Positions 11,891 to 22,549 of a DNA stretch of 64,000 bases are shown in pieces. A program made the translations under genes and the position numbers. Numbering within the stretch: position 1 is the first letter of the stretch; each line of letters begins with the position of its first letter. The notes under the pieces were generated by a model that saw only the letters and a list, made by a program, of their open reading frames with translations, did not search any database and was not told the DNA's origin. This DNA comes from an uncultured Planctomycetaceae bacterium (GTDB lineage: Bacteria > Planctomycetota > Planctomycetia > Planctomycetales > Planctomycetaceae), in contig CAWFAK010000005.1 of assembly GCA_963813715.1 (NCBI GenBank), positions 928,001 through 992,000 of the forward strand, in the 5' to 3' direction.

Positions 11891-14091
11891 TGCGTCAACG
11901 ACTGAACGATGGTCACCTGACGCAATAGGTTCTGGGTCGGGTCCAGGTATTTCACGGTGATTTGGATCGCCTGGACATTGAGTGGCGGGGTGGCATTCCA
12001 CTGCGCAGTCCCGTCGGTAATCGAATTCGCGTTTGGCGCCGGCGACATTACTGAGCTGATTCACGGTGTCGCCGAGCGAAAATGGATCCTGCTGATTTGC
12101 AGGCAGCGAAGCGAGTGGCTGTGATGTCCCCGCCGCCACGCACTGGTAGACATAGCCGTTCGCCGTGTCGATGGGGTCAACGAGCGTTCCCAGGGTGTAC
12201 GCGGTAGCTGGCTGCCAGGTATTACCGGTGCGCGGCCGGTAGGGGGCCGGCGCATTCGGCGACGCGGTGTCCGTCGCATCGTACGTTGCGCGCCACGTTG
12301 TCAAAAATGAAAGATGGATACCACGTATCGAACACGTTGTTGTAGTTGTAGGTGACTCCGTTGAAGGTGCGGGTAAACGCAGGGGCCCAAAGCGCCGAGG
12401 CGGGGGGCGCCGGGGCTGCAGGGACCGTATAGCCGCTATCGATCACCGGCCCATAGACCGGGAAGACGTTGTTCGCCTGAGCGAAATCGCCTGATGCCGC
12501 GTGCCCGATGTCCGCAAACCCGCCCGGCCCGGAGTCGATGACTCCATTTCGGTTTATGTCCAGGTTGACCGCTGTCTCCGAATAACGAGCGTCCCACAGT
12601 TTGACGTCGAAGCTGACGACGTTGGTCAAGAGGATGTCTTCACCGCGGCGAGGGCCTCCTGACAAAGATAAAGGGCTAGTCGGCGGATTTGCGTCGAGCA
12701 TCCACATCGTGTAGCTGGCTGAATCGATCGCTAAAAGCGAACCTGACCCCATTGGCGAAATAGGCGTCCCCGTGCCAAGCGGAACAAGCGGCAGGTTGCC
12801 GGGGAACTGAAAGTTTGGATTCGACGTTTCTTCGTGCGTATAGCGGCCGAAGAAAAACAACTGTGCCGGAACGCTTCCAGCCACCGTGTTCGCGGTGCTG
12901 TTGAACTGGAACGCGTATTCGCGAGGCGCTCCATAGAAAATCGTAGGGGTCGTTACAGGCGGCGTAGCCGGGAGGGGGTATGTCTGATCGAATCCGAAAC
13001 GATTGTCGGGCCGGCCGATCGGTAACGGCGCACCCGACGCCGAATTGTCCAGAGAGTTGACCGCCGTTGCCATTCGTCAAGAAATTCACGCCGGGGTGGT
13101 TCCCGGTGCTGATCCGCGCGGAATAATCAAAGTCAGTCCAAAAGTTCCCGCTTCCCGCGCCCGCCGGGTACGGCGGATAGGCGTTCGGGATCAAGGGCGA
13201 GGGGGCAGCAGTGCCGTCATTCGGCTGCGCATTAGTAAAGCCGGTGGTCGGATCGTAGGGCTGGCGAATCAACAGGACCCTACGATAGAGGTTTCCATGC
13301 CGCAGGAAATAAGTGATCTCCGCGAACTGCGAGGCGCCGGTGTTATTCGGACTTCCGCCGGGGGGATTGAGCGTGGGGCTGCCATTCGCGAACACAATCT
13401 GTTCGTCGTCGCCGTCGGGCTGGTCGAGTGGACATGCGATTGTGGTCCATGTCCCACCGCCGTCGCCAACAGTGTTGCCGATAGTGGTGGGCCAAGTCGG
13501 CTCCGTGGCACCGCTTGTCAGCGTACCCGCCCCCTCGTTCTTGTAAGCGAAACCGGCATTCAGCGATGGATTCAACGGCCGCACAACCGCGCCGGCCGCA
13601 TAGTTGGTGCCACTTTGCCACTGGGGGACCAGGAAAAGCCCTCGACCGTAGAGATAGTTCCCGGCAGCGGGATTATTGAACAGACTGAGGCCGGTATTGC
13701 CGCTGCCCATGTTGATCGTGAACTGAAGGACGTCGTCGGTGTCGTCGGTTGGATCGTTCTCCGAGACGTACAAATACCCCTGTCGACTTCCTGGGGTCAG
13801 CGCGGTCAGCGATGCCGTGCTCATATTTGGGTGGAACGGGGCCACGAGCCGCATCGTTCGCGCTTCCAGGTCGGTTTTCAGAACCGTCGTGAGGATTCGC
13901 GCACTTTGATCGTTCTCTCCGATCCCTTTCTGCCTGGTGACAAAGGTCCCCGTCATCTGAAAGATCGTCGCGAACATCGTCATCATCATCAGGGTCAACG
14001 CCAGCACGACGAGGACCTCGATCAGGGTGAAACCCGACGCCGGCTGACGCCGGGACGCCGTGTGGAGCTGCTTGTGCGCGCGGAGAGTCAT
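11887..14091 (-). CDS. PilW/GspJ-like minor pilin with two Trp-bracketed modules (frameshifted)
   Basis: MTLRAHKQLHTASRRQPASG|FTLIEVLVVLALTLMMMTMF; AEITYFLRHGNLYRRVLLIR; GEDILLTNVVSFDVKLWD; C-terminus AIQITVKYLDPTQNLLRQVTIVQSLTQ*. Confidence 0.8.
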
Positions 14092-14104
14092 AGCTTCGGG
14101 CCAA

Positions 14105-15479
14105 TCACTTGAGCGACAGAGGATATTCATCGACCACGCCCCGCATGAAGAGGACGCCGAAATTCAAGCTCGTCGTCACGTCGGACTGCGGCCGCGCACT
14201 GTCGACATAGATTTGGACGGAACTGCCCGTGTCGTTGGCGATGTTGCTGATGCGGTACCAGCGGCCAAAGTAGCAGTCGAACAAGAACCCCCCCTTCTTG
14301 TAGAAGGGTTTTTTGCCGGACGGATAGTTGACGGTGAAGGGGCTCTGCGCGCCATCGGCACCCGTAGCCTGGTAGACTTGCTCGTCGCTGGCGACCAGCG
14401 ACCGATTGAAAAAGACGGTGACTGTGACGTTCCAGGCGGGAAGCTTCGAGCCTGGCTGGGCCGGCGGGTTCGGGCGCACCGTCAGCATCCAGGTATATCG
14501 CCTGTCCTGCATTTCCACGCGAGCTGCCACGGGATTAAAGGTGGGCCCCAACCCATCGGCGTTAGCCGCGCCGCCCCAACTGACGACGCCGGTGGCGACG
14601 TTGACTCCCGTAACGATCCGCGTCTCGCTCGCCTTCACATTCGATGTGGGATTGAGAGCTGAGTTGTTGTAGCCGAGCATTACCACGCGCCAGGCGACCG
14701 GTGTTGGAAACGCTGTGGCGGGGGATGTCGGCGAAGCAGGCGCTCCTGGTCCCGTCGTTGGAACGTCCACGCTCAAACCAGGAATAGTCACCGAATTGGC
14801 CGTGAATGTCGTCACCGGCCCGCGAGCCTGCTCAATCCAACTGTCCGGCAGCGTGGCTCCAAGCACGGCTGTGCCAGCCGTGGAGAGTTCCCCGTTAAAA
14901 CGAGGCAGCGAGTTCGTGTCGACCCCGCCCGCGCCATTGTTCCCAATATTGGTCTGCAGCGGCGCCCCTAAGGTGTTCCAGCCCAACGGATCGATCACGA
15001 AGCAAGGCGGATAGGGGAGCCCGGCGGTGTTGATCGAGCTCGTGTACTGATTCGCGCCAGCCGCCGTCCATACGAGACTGCCGGTGCCATCAGTCGTTGT
15101 TGCGGCCGGCGCAGTATTCCAAGACCGGCGCCACTGCTCCCGAAGTCCCCGCTGTTGTGACATTCAGGCCCGACAATGTATTGGTCAGTGCATTCGTCAC
15201 GACGATCGTGTCGCCAACGTTGTAAGCCTGGTTCGGCCGCCACCGCAGCATGAGGTTCTGGTTGAAGTCCGACAAGCACTCGGCGTTGAATCGCAGGATC
15301 GTCCCGTTTGTCAGGTTCGTCGCCTGCACGGCGCGGACAAACGAGAGAGGCAACAAAACGATCACCGATGCGATGCCGATGCCCGCCACGAGCATCGACA
15401 TCAGAACTTCGACCAGCGTCAAGCCGGCGTAAGAACGGATCGCCGGCACAGAGGCCGATCGCGGCGGCACGCACTTCAT
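14105..15479 (-). CDS. PilV/GspI-like minor pilin with one Trp-bracketed module (frameshift ~15120)
   Basis: YAG|LTLVEVLMSMLVAGIGIASVIVLLPL; RYTWMLTVR...VTVTVFFNR; ORFs 15090..15479 and 14105..15163. Confidence 0.8.
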
Positions 15480-16612
15480 TGGGTTACCTCACCGGTCTCG
15501 GCGTAGCGGAACTTGTCGAGGGGGTTGACAGGGCTCGTCGTGATGCGGCCGGTCGAGGTCGCCAGCGACACGATGATCCGCGGCTTGGGGCTATAGCACT
15601 GCCACATCACCGTCCCGTCGCTGAATGGGGGCGTGCCCGGTGTGGCCGTGAAGAATTGCGGCGGCTGCGTTCCCGACGACTGGCCGCCCTGGGTGCATTG
15701 AAAGACCAGGTCGTTCTGCGGATTGGGGACGACCCAGCTCGTCGGCTGCGCGGCGCTTGGCTGATAGTAGGTTGTGTTGGCCTGCCAGGTGCTAGTGCTA
15801 TCCAGGAGGGGCACGCCGCTGATGTTTCCGGGTGGGCTCGCCTGCGGGATCGAGGCATCCACATATTCGGAGAACACGAAATGGATGCGGCCAGCCGCCG
15901 CGACCGTCCCGGTCACCGTTCCGTTGGGAGAGAAGAGGACGTCGAGCGAGCCGGTGATGGCCCCCGGCGATCCCCAGGTGGGAGGCAGCACGCTGTTATC
16001 CAGATCGATCACGATATTCTGCGGCAGCGCCGGGGTTCCTCGCCGGGAGTGGGCGAAGGCAGAAGCTGCATCGTATAGGTCGTTGGGGATGCCCCGCTGT
16101 AGGGTGCGGTGAGGGTCCACGTTCCTCCATTGCGGGCCATGGAGTACGTCGTGCCGCCCAGAGTGATATTGGCGCCGTCCGTCAGCAACCCGCGTTGAAC
16201 GAGCGTTGTCCACGATGCCGGTGGCGTCGAGATCGTGCTAGTGGCGTCCCGCGGTGGTGATTGTGATCTGTGTGCCGTCGGTGAATGTCGACGGCGCGCA
16301 CGACGTAGACGAAGCTGTGCACGGCCGAGCGGTCGTTCGGATCCTGGATCAGCCGTACGCCGCGCGGCTGGCCGGCGTGACCGCGCGGTCGCGAGCACCG
16401 GCAAGGAACGATTGGAATTCCCTCGCGGCGTTACGGATGCGGTCCGAATTGAGCGTGGCATTGAGGAGCCGCATCGTGAGCGTCGCCAGGATCAGGATGA
16501 TCCCCAGCGAAACCAGCAATTCCAGCAGCGTGAACGAAGCGCGATACCGCCTGCGCGCCGCCGGCCTTCCGCGAACGGAGCGAGACAGAAATGTTCTTGG
16601 GTGGCGATTCAT
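15476..16612 (-). CDS. FimT/GspH-like minor pilin with one Trp-bracketed module (frameshifted)
   Basis: RYRAS|FTLLELLVSLGIILILATLT...DRIRNAAREFQSFLAGARDRA; LPQNIVIDL, DVLFSPNGTV; C-terminus FRYAETGEVTQ*. Confidence 0.8.
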
Positions 16613-17869
16613 TGCTGATGATTCGTAATGAGCGTGTAAAGCGCGGTCACGCCAGTAATGAGTCGGGTCCGTGGCCCCCATTTGAGGCGGTTGGGGCTCC
16701 GCGAGGTTGCCGTGATTGGCCGTATCGTAGGGCTCATAAAGTCCGAACATGAACCCGGTCTGCTTCGGGTCGCCGTTATCGAGGTCGGTCGCCGTGGAGA
16801 CGATCAGCGGCGTGTTCCACGTGTTGGGAGTTTCATACGGCTCGCTCACCAGGCCCGTGGTAATCAACCCCAGCGGATCGTCCGGATCGACCGAGAGTGG
16901 ATCGACCATCGCCTGCCAGATGACGTTGGGAGGAGTCCCCGTGCTCGGATCCCCAATCGTGTTGCCCACGTTTGGGGCATTGCTCCACGTGGGCTCAGTC
17001 CCACTCGATTTGGCCGACCCGTTAATCGCGACGCAACGATAAACAAACGAGAACGGGCTCGCTTGCGGCGGCGTTTGGGGAAGAATCGTTGTCCCGACGG
17101 CATACGTCGTATTGGGCTGCCAGGTCGCCAACTGGTTCCGCGGGGCAGCCCCTCCCATCAGAATGGTCGCCGGCGACAGCGGGGTCTCTTCGGAAGATTT
17201 GTCGCCGTCCCGGTGGGCGGTCCGCCAGGCCGGACGAGCCGCGTCGGCCAGCGGTAGAAGCGGAGCGGATGCCCCCACGCGTCGACGATTTCCGGAAGGC
17301 CATCGTTGTCGGTGTCGGCCGTTTCGATCGCTTTGAGGTCGCGGCGCTGGGCGGCTCGGTGTCGAACAGCGGGCCCTTCGTGAGAACAGGTAGAGGCATT
17401 CGGACTGTCGGTCACTGCGACGTGCGACGTGCCGCGCGGATTGGCATTTTGAATCGTCTGCGGCAGTTCGGAAAACATTTGCGGAAAGTTCAGCTGAAAA
17501 GCGTACTTGACCGCGATGACCTTGGCTTGCACCGGAATGTTGTCGCCGAACAGACCGCCAGAAGCGCGGGGCTGACGTACGAGGGCGGATTGTCGTCGCT
17601 GCCCGCGATCTGATCTTGTTTCTGGATCCAGCGGCGAAAGCCGTTGATGCGGTCGTTGAGCATCTCGTCGACTTTCTTGATCGTCGCCTCGCGTGGCGGC
17701 GACTTTCGACGCGTTGGCCACGCGGGGGATCACGGCCACGATGGCGGCCGTCAGGAACGCGATCAGTCCGATCACGACCAGGATTTCGATCAGCGAGAAC
17801 CCGCGCCGTGCGCGACCGCGCTGCGGCGCGCCGTCTGCCGGGCCGAGAGGAGGGGCTGGGGCGGCTCAT
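16609..17869 (-). CDS. Prepilin-type N-methylation domain protein with one Trp-bracketed module (frameshifted)
   Basis: RG|FSLIEILVVIGLIAFLTAAIVAV; DTDNDGLPEIVDAWGHPLRFYRWPTRL; LSVDPDDPLG; TWNTPLIVS; ends ITNHQQ* overlapping the next ATG. Confidence 0.75.
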
Positions 17870-18016
17870 CGGTGCTCGATTCAAAATGAGTCCAGGGTTC
17901 GGGTCAAATCGCCGGTCCGACCAGGGACCCTCGGCGCGATGGCTTGTCAACCCGGGACATTTCCGTCGACCCGGGACTGGGAACTCACACAAACCGGCCC
18001 GCGGTGCTGGCGAATC

Positions 18017-19062
18017 TTAGGGCGCCAGCGGTCCCGAGGAAAAATTGGTGATGTTATCGCGCTCTCCCGAGCGCGTTCCGACCAACAGGCCCTTGGGATC
18101 GCCCTGACTCGTATTCGCCACCGGTGCCCGTAAGCGCTGGTCGAAGCCGGGCGAAATAATCTGAAAGGAGTTGGGGTTCCAGGGCGGCGAAGGGACTCGA
18201 CGTGGTGGATCCGTTCGGGCCTTGCCGGTAGACGTCGGTAAACGTCGGCTCCAAGGGAGGGCTGGCCGGCAGCTCGTTGGTGACGTCGTAACCCTGCCCG
18301 TCGTAGCTGCTGAGATAGAGATAGGGCTGACTCTGCCCGGGAAGCGTGTCCTTGTAGGTGTTCATCGTATGCGGCAGCGAGCCGCCCGATGGCGGCTTAG
18401 CGGAACAGGCGGCTCGCGTCGAACTCCGTGAAGCGTTCGCGGTTGGTGCCGACCACGGTGCGGATCGTCGCGTGCCGTTCCATCACAGTGACACCGAAGG
18501 GATCAGCAGGATTCGTGCGAAAACCCCGCCGGCGCTCCGCCGAACCGAGCAGCGGGTTAGTTGTGTTGGTCGGATTCTGGTAAGGCGACGGAACGCCGCC
18601 CAGGAAGAAGACGAGGCACTCCGACTCCGGTCAGCGGGATCGCCCCGGCTGAGGGTGTCGTCGTAAGCCGTCGCCGGTGAAGTTGCCGTCGCCGTTGATG
18701 TCGATCTGGCCCCCTTCGGCCGCGTAGGTGAAGTCGAATTGCGGCCAGATCTGGCGGATGATCCCCATCGAACGCGGGTCGCTGTTCCAGCCGGAGGCCT
18801 GCTCATAGAGCGTGATGCGGCTCGGCGGCTCGACGCTGAATCTTTGCTTGAAGGCGGCAATTCCCTTGCCGAGGTCGCTGATGTCGACGCCGACCTGGGC
18901 GTTGCGGGCCTTGATGTTGGCCGAGCCGGCCACGGTCAGGATCAGGCTGGCGAGGATGCCGATGATGGCAATGGCGATCAACAGCTCGAGCAGCGTGAAG
19001 GCTGCCGGAGCACGGCGGGGGCGGGCCGGGCGACGGGAGCGCCCCGGGGCAGAGCATTGCAT
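18017..19062 (-). CDS. Prepilin-type N-methylation domain protein (GspG/PilA-like; frameshifted)
   Basis: AGGAG RBS upstream; RRAPAA|FTLLELLIAIAIIGILASLIL; QPYLYLSSYDGQGY; C-terminus ERDNITNFSSGPLAP*. Confidence 0.8.
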
Positions 19063-19250
19063 GGGCGGCAGACTCCTTCTGGGTCCAAGTTTCAGGGGCC
19101 CGTTGGCCAGGTTAACGCGCGGTTTTTGCTGCCGATGCTTAGGCCACCGCGAGTTTTGGAAACAACGGGAACCCAGAACGCTGGGACGAGCCGTGAACGT
19201 TCGCTTTTTCGGACTTTGGATACACGCTTGGGACGGACTGACCTGGCCCG

Positions 19251-20507
19251 TCAGGCCAGGCTGTTCAGCAGCTTGATCAGCGGCATGAACAGGGCGATGA
19301 CGATAAAGCCGACGATGAGGCCGAGGATCACGACCATCATCGGTTCGAGCAAGTTGATCAATCCTTCGACGAGGACCGAGACTTCCTCGTCGTAGACGTC
19401 GGCCACCTTGTAGAGCATGGTATCGAGCGCGCCGGTTTCCTCGCCGACGTCGACCATGTTGACCACGAGGTCGTCGCATACGCGGGATTCCTTCAGGGGG
19501 ACCGCCATCGATTCCCCTTCACGGATGGCCGCGTAGATATTGTCGAACGCCCGCCGGAACACGGCGTTGCCGGCCGTGTCGCGAGCGATGATCAACGCCT
19601 CCAGGATGGGCACGCCGGAAGAAATGAGTGTGCCCAAAGTCCGCGCCGTGCGGGCGACCGTCGATTTCTCGACGATCTTCCCCAGGACGGGAATCTTGAG
19701 CAGGATCTTGTCGCAGATGTACTCGCCCATCTTGTTCTTGCGGATGATCTTCAACAACAACCAGAAGGCGATCGGAATCACGGGGATCAGGTACCAGTAA
19801 TCGACCACCAGGTCCGAAATGTAAATCAGCCAGATGGTGATCGAGGGGAGCTCGATGCCGAAGTCCGCGAAGATCTTTTTGAACTTCGGAATGATCCAGT
19901 ACATGATGAAGCCGACGATGCCCGTCGCCACCGTGATGACGGCGATCGGGTAGATCATGGCGCCCTGGACTTTGCGCTTCAGGCTTTGGGAGCGCTCCTT
20001 GAATTCGGCCAAGCGTTGCAGAATGATTTCGAGCGCACCGCCCGCTTCACCCGCCTTGACCATGTTGACGTAGAGGTTGTCGAAGGCCTTGGGCTGCTTG
20101 GCCATCGCCTCTGACAGCGTGCTGCCCGATTCGATGTCTTCAATCACGCCGATGAGCGAGTTCTTCAGCGGTCCAGGCTTGGATTGTCCCTCGAGAATCC
20201 GCAGGCTGCGAAGAATCGGCAGGCCGGCGTCCTGCAGCGTCGAAAGCTGGCGGGTGAAAGTGCACAGCTGCTTGGGGCGCACGCCGCCGATCGAGAACGT
20301 CGTCTTCTTCTTGGCGGCCTTCTTCTTTTGTTCGACGCTGGTCTTGCCTCCCTTGGTCTTGGTGGAGCGACCCTTCTCCTGGATCTTGGTGACGAAGAAG
20401 CCCTTTTCCTTGATCTTCTGTTGGGCTTCCGCCTCGGACCCGGCGTCGATCGTTTCCTTGATCTCGAGGCCGGTGTTGTCCATCGCCTCGTACTGATAGG
20501 TTGGCAT
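19251..20507 (-). CDS. pilC: Type IV pilus / T2SS inner-membrane platform protein PilC/GspF
   Basis: MPTYQYEAMD; FTRQLSTLQDAGLPILRSL; GEAGGALE; VGEETGALDTML; LLEPMMVV; intact 418-aa ORF. Confidence 0.95.
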   Translation of the reverse strand: MPTYQYEAMDNTGLEIKETIDAGSEAEAQQKIKEKGFFVTKIQEKGRSTKTKGGKTSVEQKKKAAKKKTTFSIGGVRPKQLCTFTRQLSTLQDAGLPILRSLRILEGQSKPGPLKNSLIGVIEDIESGSTLSEAMAKQPKAFDNLYVNMVKAGEAGGALEIILQRLAEFKERSQSLKRKVQGAMIYPIAVITVATGIVGFIMYWIIPKFKKIFADFGIELPSITIWLIYISDLVVDYWYLIPVIPIAFWLLLKIIRKNKMGEYICDKILLKIPVLGKIVEKSTVARTARTLGTLISSGVPILEALIIARDTAGNAVFRRAFDNIYAAIREGESMAVPLKESRVCDDLVVNMVDVGEETGALDTMLYKVADVYDEEVSVLVEGLINLLEPMMVVILGLIVGFIVIALFMPLIKLLNSLA

Positions 20508-20603
20508 GCCTGTCTCCGCCTGCTGAATCGAGCCCTCTGCCTGTTCCCATTTCGATTCGCGATGCGTTTGTGCGAAGTACGAAGTCCGAGCGATTTGCGC
20601 TCG

Positions 20604-22316
20604 TCACTCGACGTCTTCCATGACGGTCTCGCGCACCACTTCGTCGATCGTCGTCACTCCGTCAAAAATCAGCTTGAGGCCCGACTCCCGCAGGGTGGTC
20701 ATTCCCTGGGTGCGGGCGAAATTTCGAATATCGTCGACTGACGCGTCCGAGGTGATCATGTCGCGAACGTCGTCGTTGATCTCCAACAATTCGTAAAGGC
20801 CGGTGCGGCCCTTGTAGCCCGAGTTGTTGCACCGGGCGCAGCCCTTACCGTAATAAAAGCCGTATTGCCGGGCCTGGTCGATGGGCAACTGCAACTCCAT
20901 CAGGAGTTCGTCGCTAGGCTCGAACTCGGTGCGGCACTCCGTGCAAATCTTGCGGACAAGTCGCTGTGCAAGAATGGCTTCGAGAGTCGCCGTGATCAGG
21001 AAGGGTTGCACGCCCATGTCGCGCAGACGCGTGATGGCAGACGGCGCGTCGTTGGTGTGCAGGGTGCTGAAGACCAGGTGCCCGGTGAGCGCGCTTTGAA
21101 TGGCGATTTCCGCCGTCTCGTAGTCGCGGATCTCCCCGACGAGAATCACGTCCGGGTCGTGCCGCAGAATCGCGCGGAGCACGTTGGCGAACGTGACTTC
21201 GATATCGGGATTGACGGGAACTTGAATCAGACCGTCGATTTCGTATTCGATCGGGTCTTCGGTGGTGATGATCTTGGTCGAAACTTCGTTGAGCTCGTTG
21301 AGCGCGGAATAGAGCGTGGTGGTTTTGCCGCTGCCGGTCGGTCCCGTCACCAGCACGATGCCGTTGGGGTTGCGAATGATCTGGCGGAAGCGCCGCAGGA
21401 TGGTCGCGTCCATGCCGATCTTCTGCAAGTCGAGCTGCACGACCGTGCGGTCGAGCACTCGCATGACCACCGACTCGCCAAACATCGTGGGGAGCACGCT
21501 GACGCGGAGGTCGACCGGGTTGCCGCCGACGTTGAGCTCGATTCGGCCGTCCTGCGGCAGCCGCCGCTCGGCAATGTCGAGCTCCGCCATGACCTTGATA
21601 CGCGTGGTGATTGCGTTGGCCAGATGCCGCGGGGGCGGCACCATCTCGTACAGTACGCCGTCGGCACGAACGCGGATCTTGAACTCATCCTCGAAGGGCT
21701 CGAAGTGGATGTCGCTCGCCTGGTCCTTGATCGCCAGGAGGAGCACCATGTTGAGCAGCTTGCGGACGGGTGCGGCCGACGCGATTTCCTCGTCCGACGC
21801 CAGGTCGAAGGCGGCCTCCTCCTCATCGCCCTTGTCGAGCCCCGCCTCCTTCAGTTGATCGATCACTTCTTCGATGCTGTCCTGCTTGTCGGCGTAGTGG
21901 CGCTCAATCGCTTGCTCGACGTCGGCAAGGTTCGAGACGGCCCCCCGCACGTCGTAACCGAGAAAGTTGCGCAGGTCGTCCAGTGCGGCCACGTTCTGCG
22001 GGTCGGCCATCGCGACGGTGAGCACGTTGTTCTTGAGCGAGACGGGCATGATCTTGTAGATGTCTGCCATCGTCTGTGGCACGATTTCCAGCACGTTGGG
22101 CGGGATGTTCGTCTCCGCCAGGCTGACGACCGGCATGCCCCATTGCTCAGCGAGGGCTTCGGTCACCTGCGCCTCGGTGACGAGTCCCATGCGGATCGCC
22201 ACCTGCCCGATGATTTCCCCGGGACTTTGCTTCTGCTCTTCGAGCACGTCCCAGAGCTGGTCCTCGGTGAGATACCCGAGGTCGACCAGGATTTGCCCCA
22301 GACGTCTCTGTGCCAT
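20604..22316 (-). CDS. pilB: PilB/GspE-family assembly ATPase with MshEN-like N-terminus
   Basis: Likely start MAQRRLGQILVDLG; ASDIHFEP, Walker A GPTGSGKTT, EDPIEY, VGEIRD, LTGHLVFSTLHTND, CxxC pairs. Confidence 0.93.
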   Translation of the reverse strand: MAQRRLGQILVDLGYLTEDQLWDVLEEQKQSPGEIIGQVAIRMGLVTEAQVTEALAEQWGMPVVSLAETNIPPNVLEIVPQTMADIYKIMPVSLKNNVLTVAMADPQNVAALDDLRNFLGYDVRGAVSNLADVEQAIERHYADKQDSIEEVIDQLKEAGLDKGDEEEAAFDLASDEEIASAAPVRKLLNMVLLLAIKDQASDIHFEPFEDEFKIRVRADGVLYEMVPPPRHLANAITTRIKVMAELDIAERRLPQDGRIELNVGGNPVDLRVSVLPTMFGESVVMRVLDRTVVQLDLQKIGMDATILRRFRQIIRNPNGIVLVTGPTGSGKTTTLYSALNELNEVSTKIITTEDPIEYEIDGLIQVPVNPDIEVTFANVLRAILRHDPDVILVGEIRDYETAEIAIQSALTGHLVFSTLHTNDAPSAITRLRDMGVQPFLITATLEAILAQRLVRKICTECRTEFEPSDELLMELQLPIDQARQYGFYYGKGCARCNNSGYKGRTGLYELLEINDDVRDMITSDASVDDIRNFARTQGMTTLRESGLKLIFDGVTTIDEVVRETVMEDVE

Positions 22317-22549
22317 GCGCCTCGGACTCCGACGACGGGGACGTCGTCTCGCGGACTTTAGTTCGTCGCGGGAACAAAACCCGCGGCTCGATCTTCGGTT
22401 CGACGACCGGTGGGAATTGACCGGGATCTCGGTGAACTCGACGGCAGCCACGCCGAAGGCCGGTCCAACCGGCTTTCGCCGCGCGTCACGCGGTCTCGTT
22501 CATCTTTTCGCCACGCTTGTATTTGCCACTCGTTAGCGGAATCGGGCCT

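Noticed and set aside
10589..17122. Diversity-generating retroelement or pilin-cassette recombination behind the repeated module
   Set aside because: Copies are similar only at protein level; no near-identical TR/VR pair, reverse transcriptase or recombinase seen.
19063..19479. Long N-terminal extension of the first pilin ORF
   Set aside because: It overlaps pilC, and an AGGAG RBS supports the start at 19062.
22317..22549. ncRNA between pilT and pilB
   Set aside because: Only short GC-rich hairpins expected by chance; no recognisable family.
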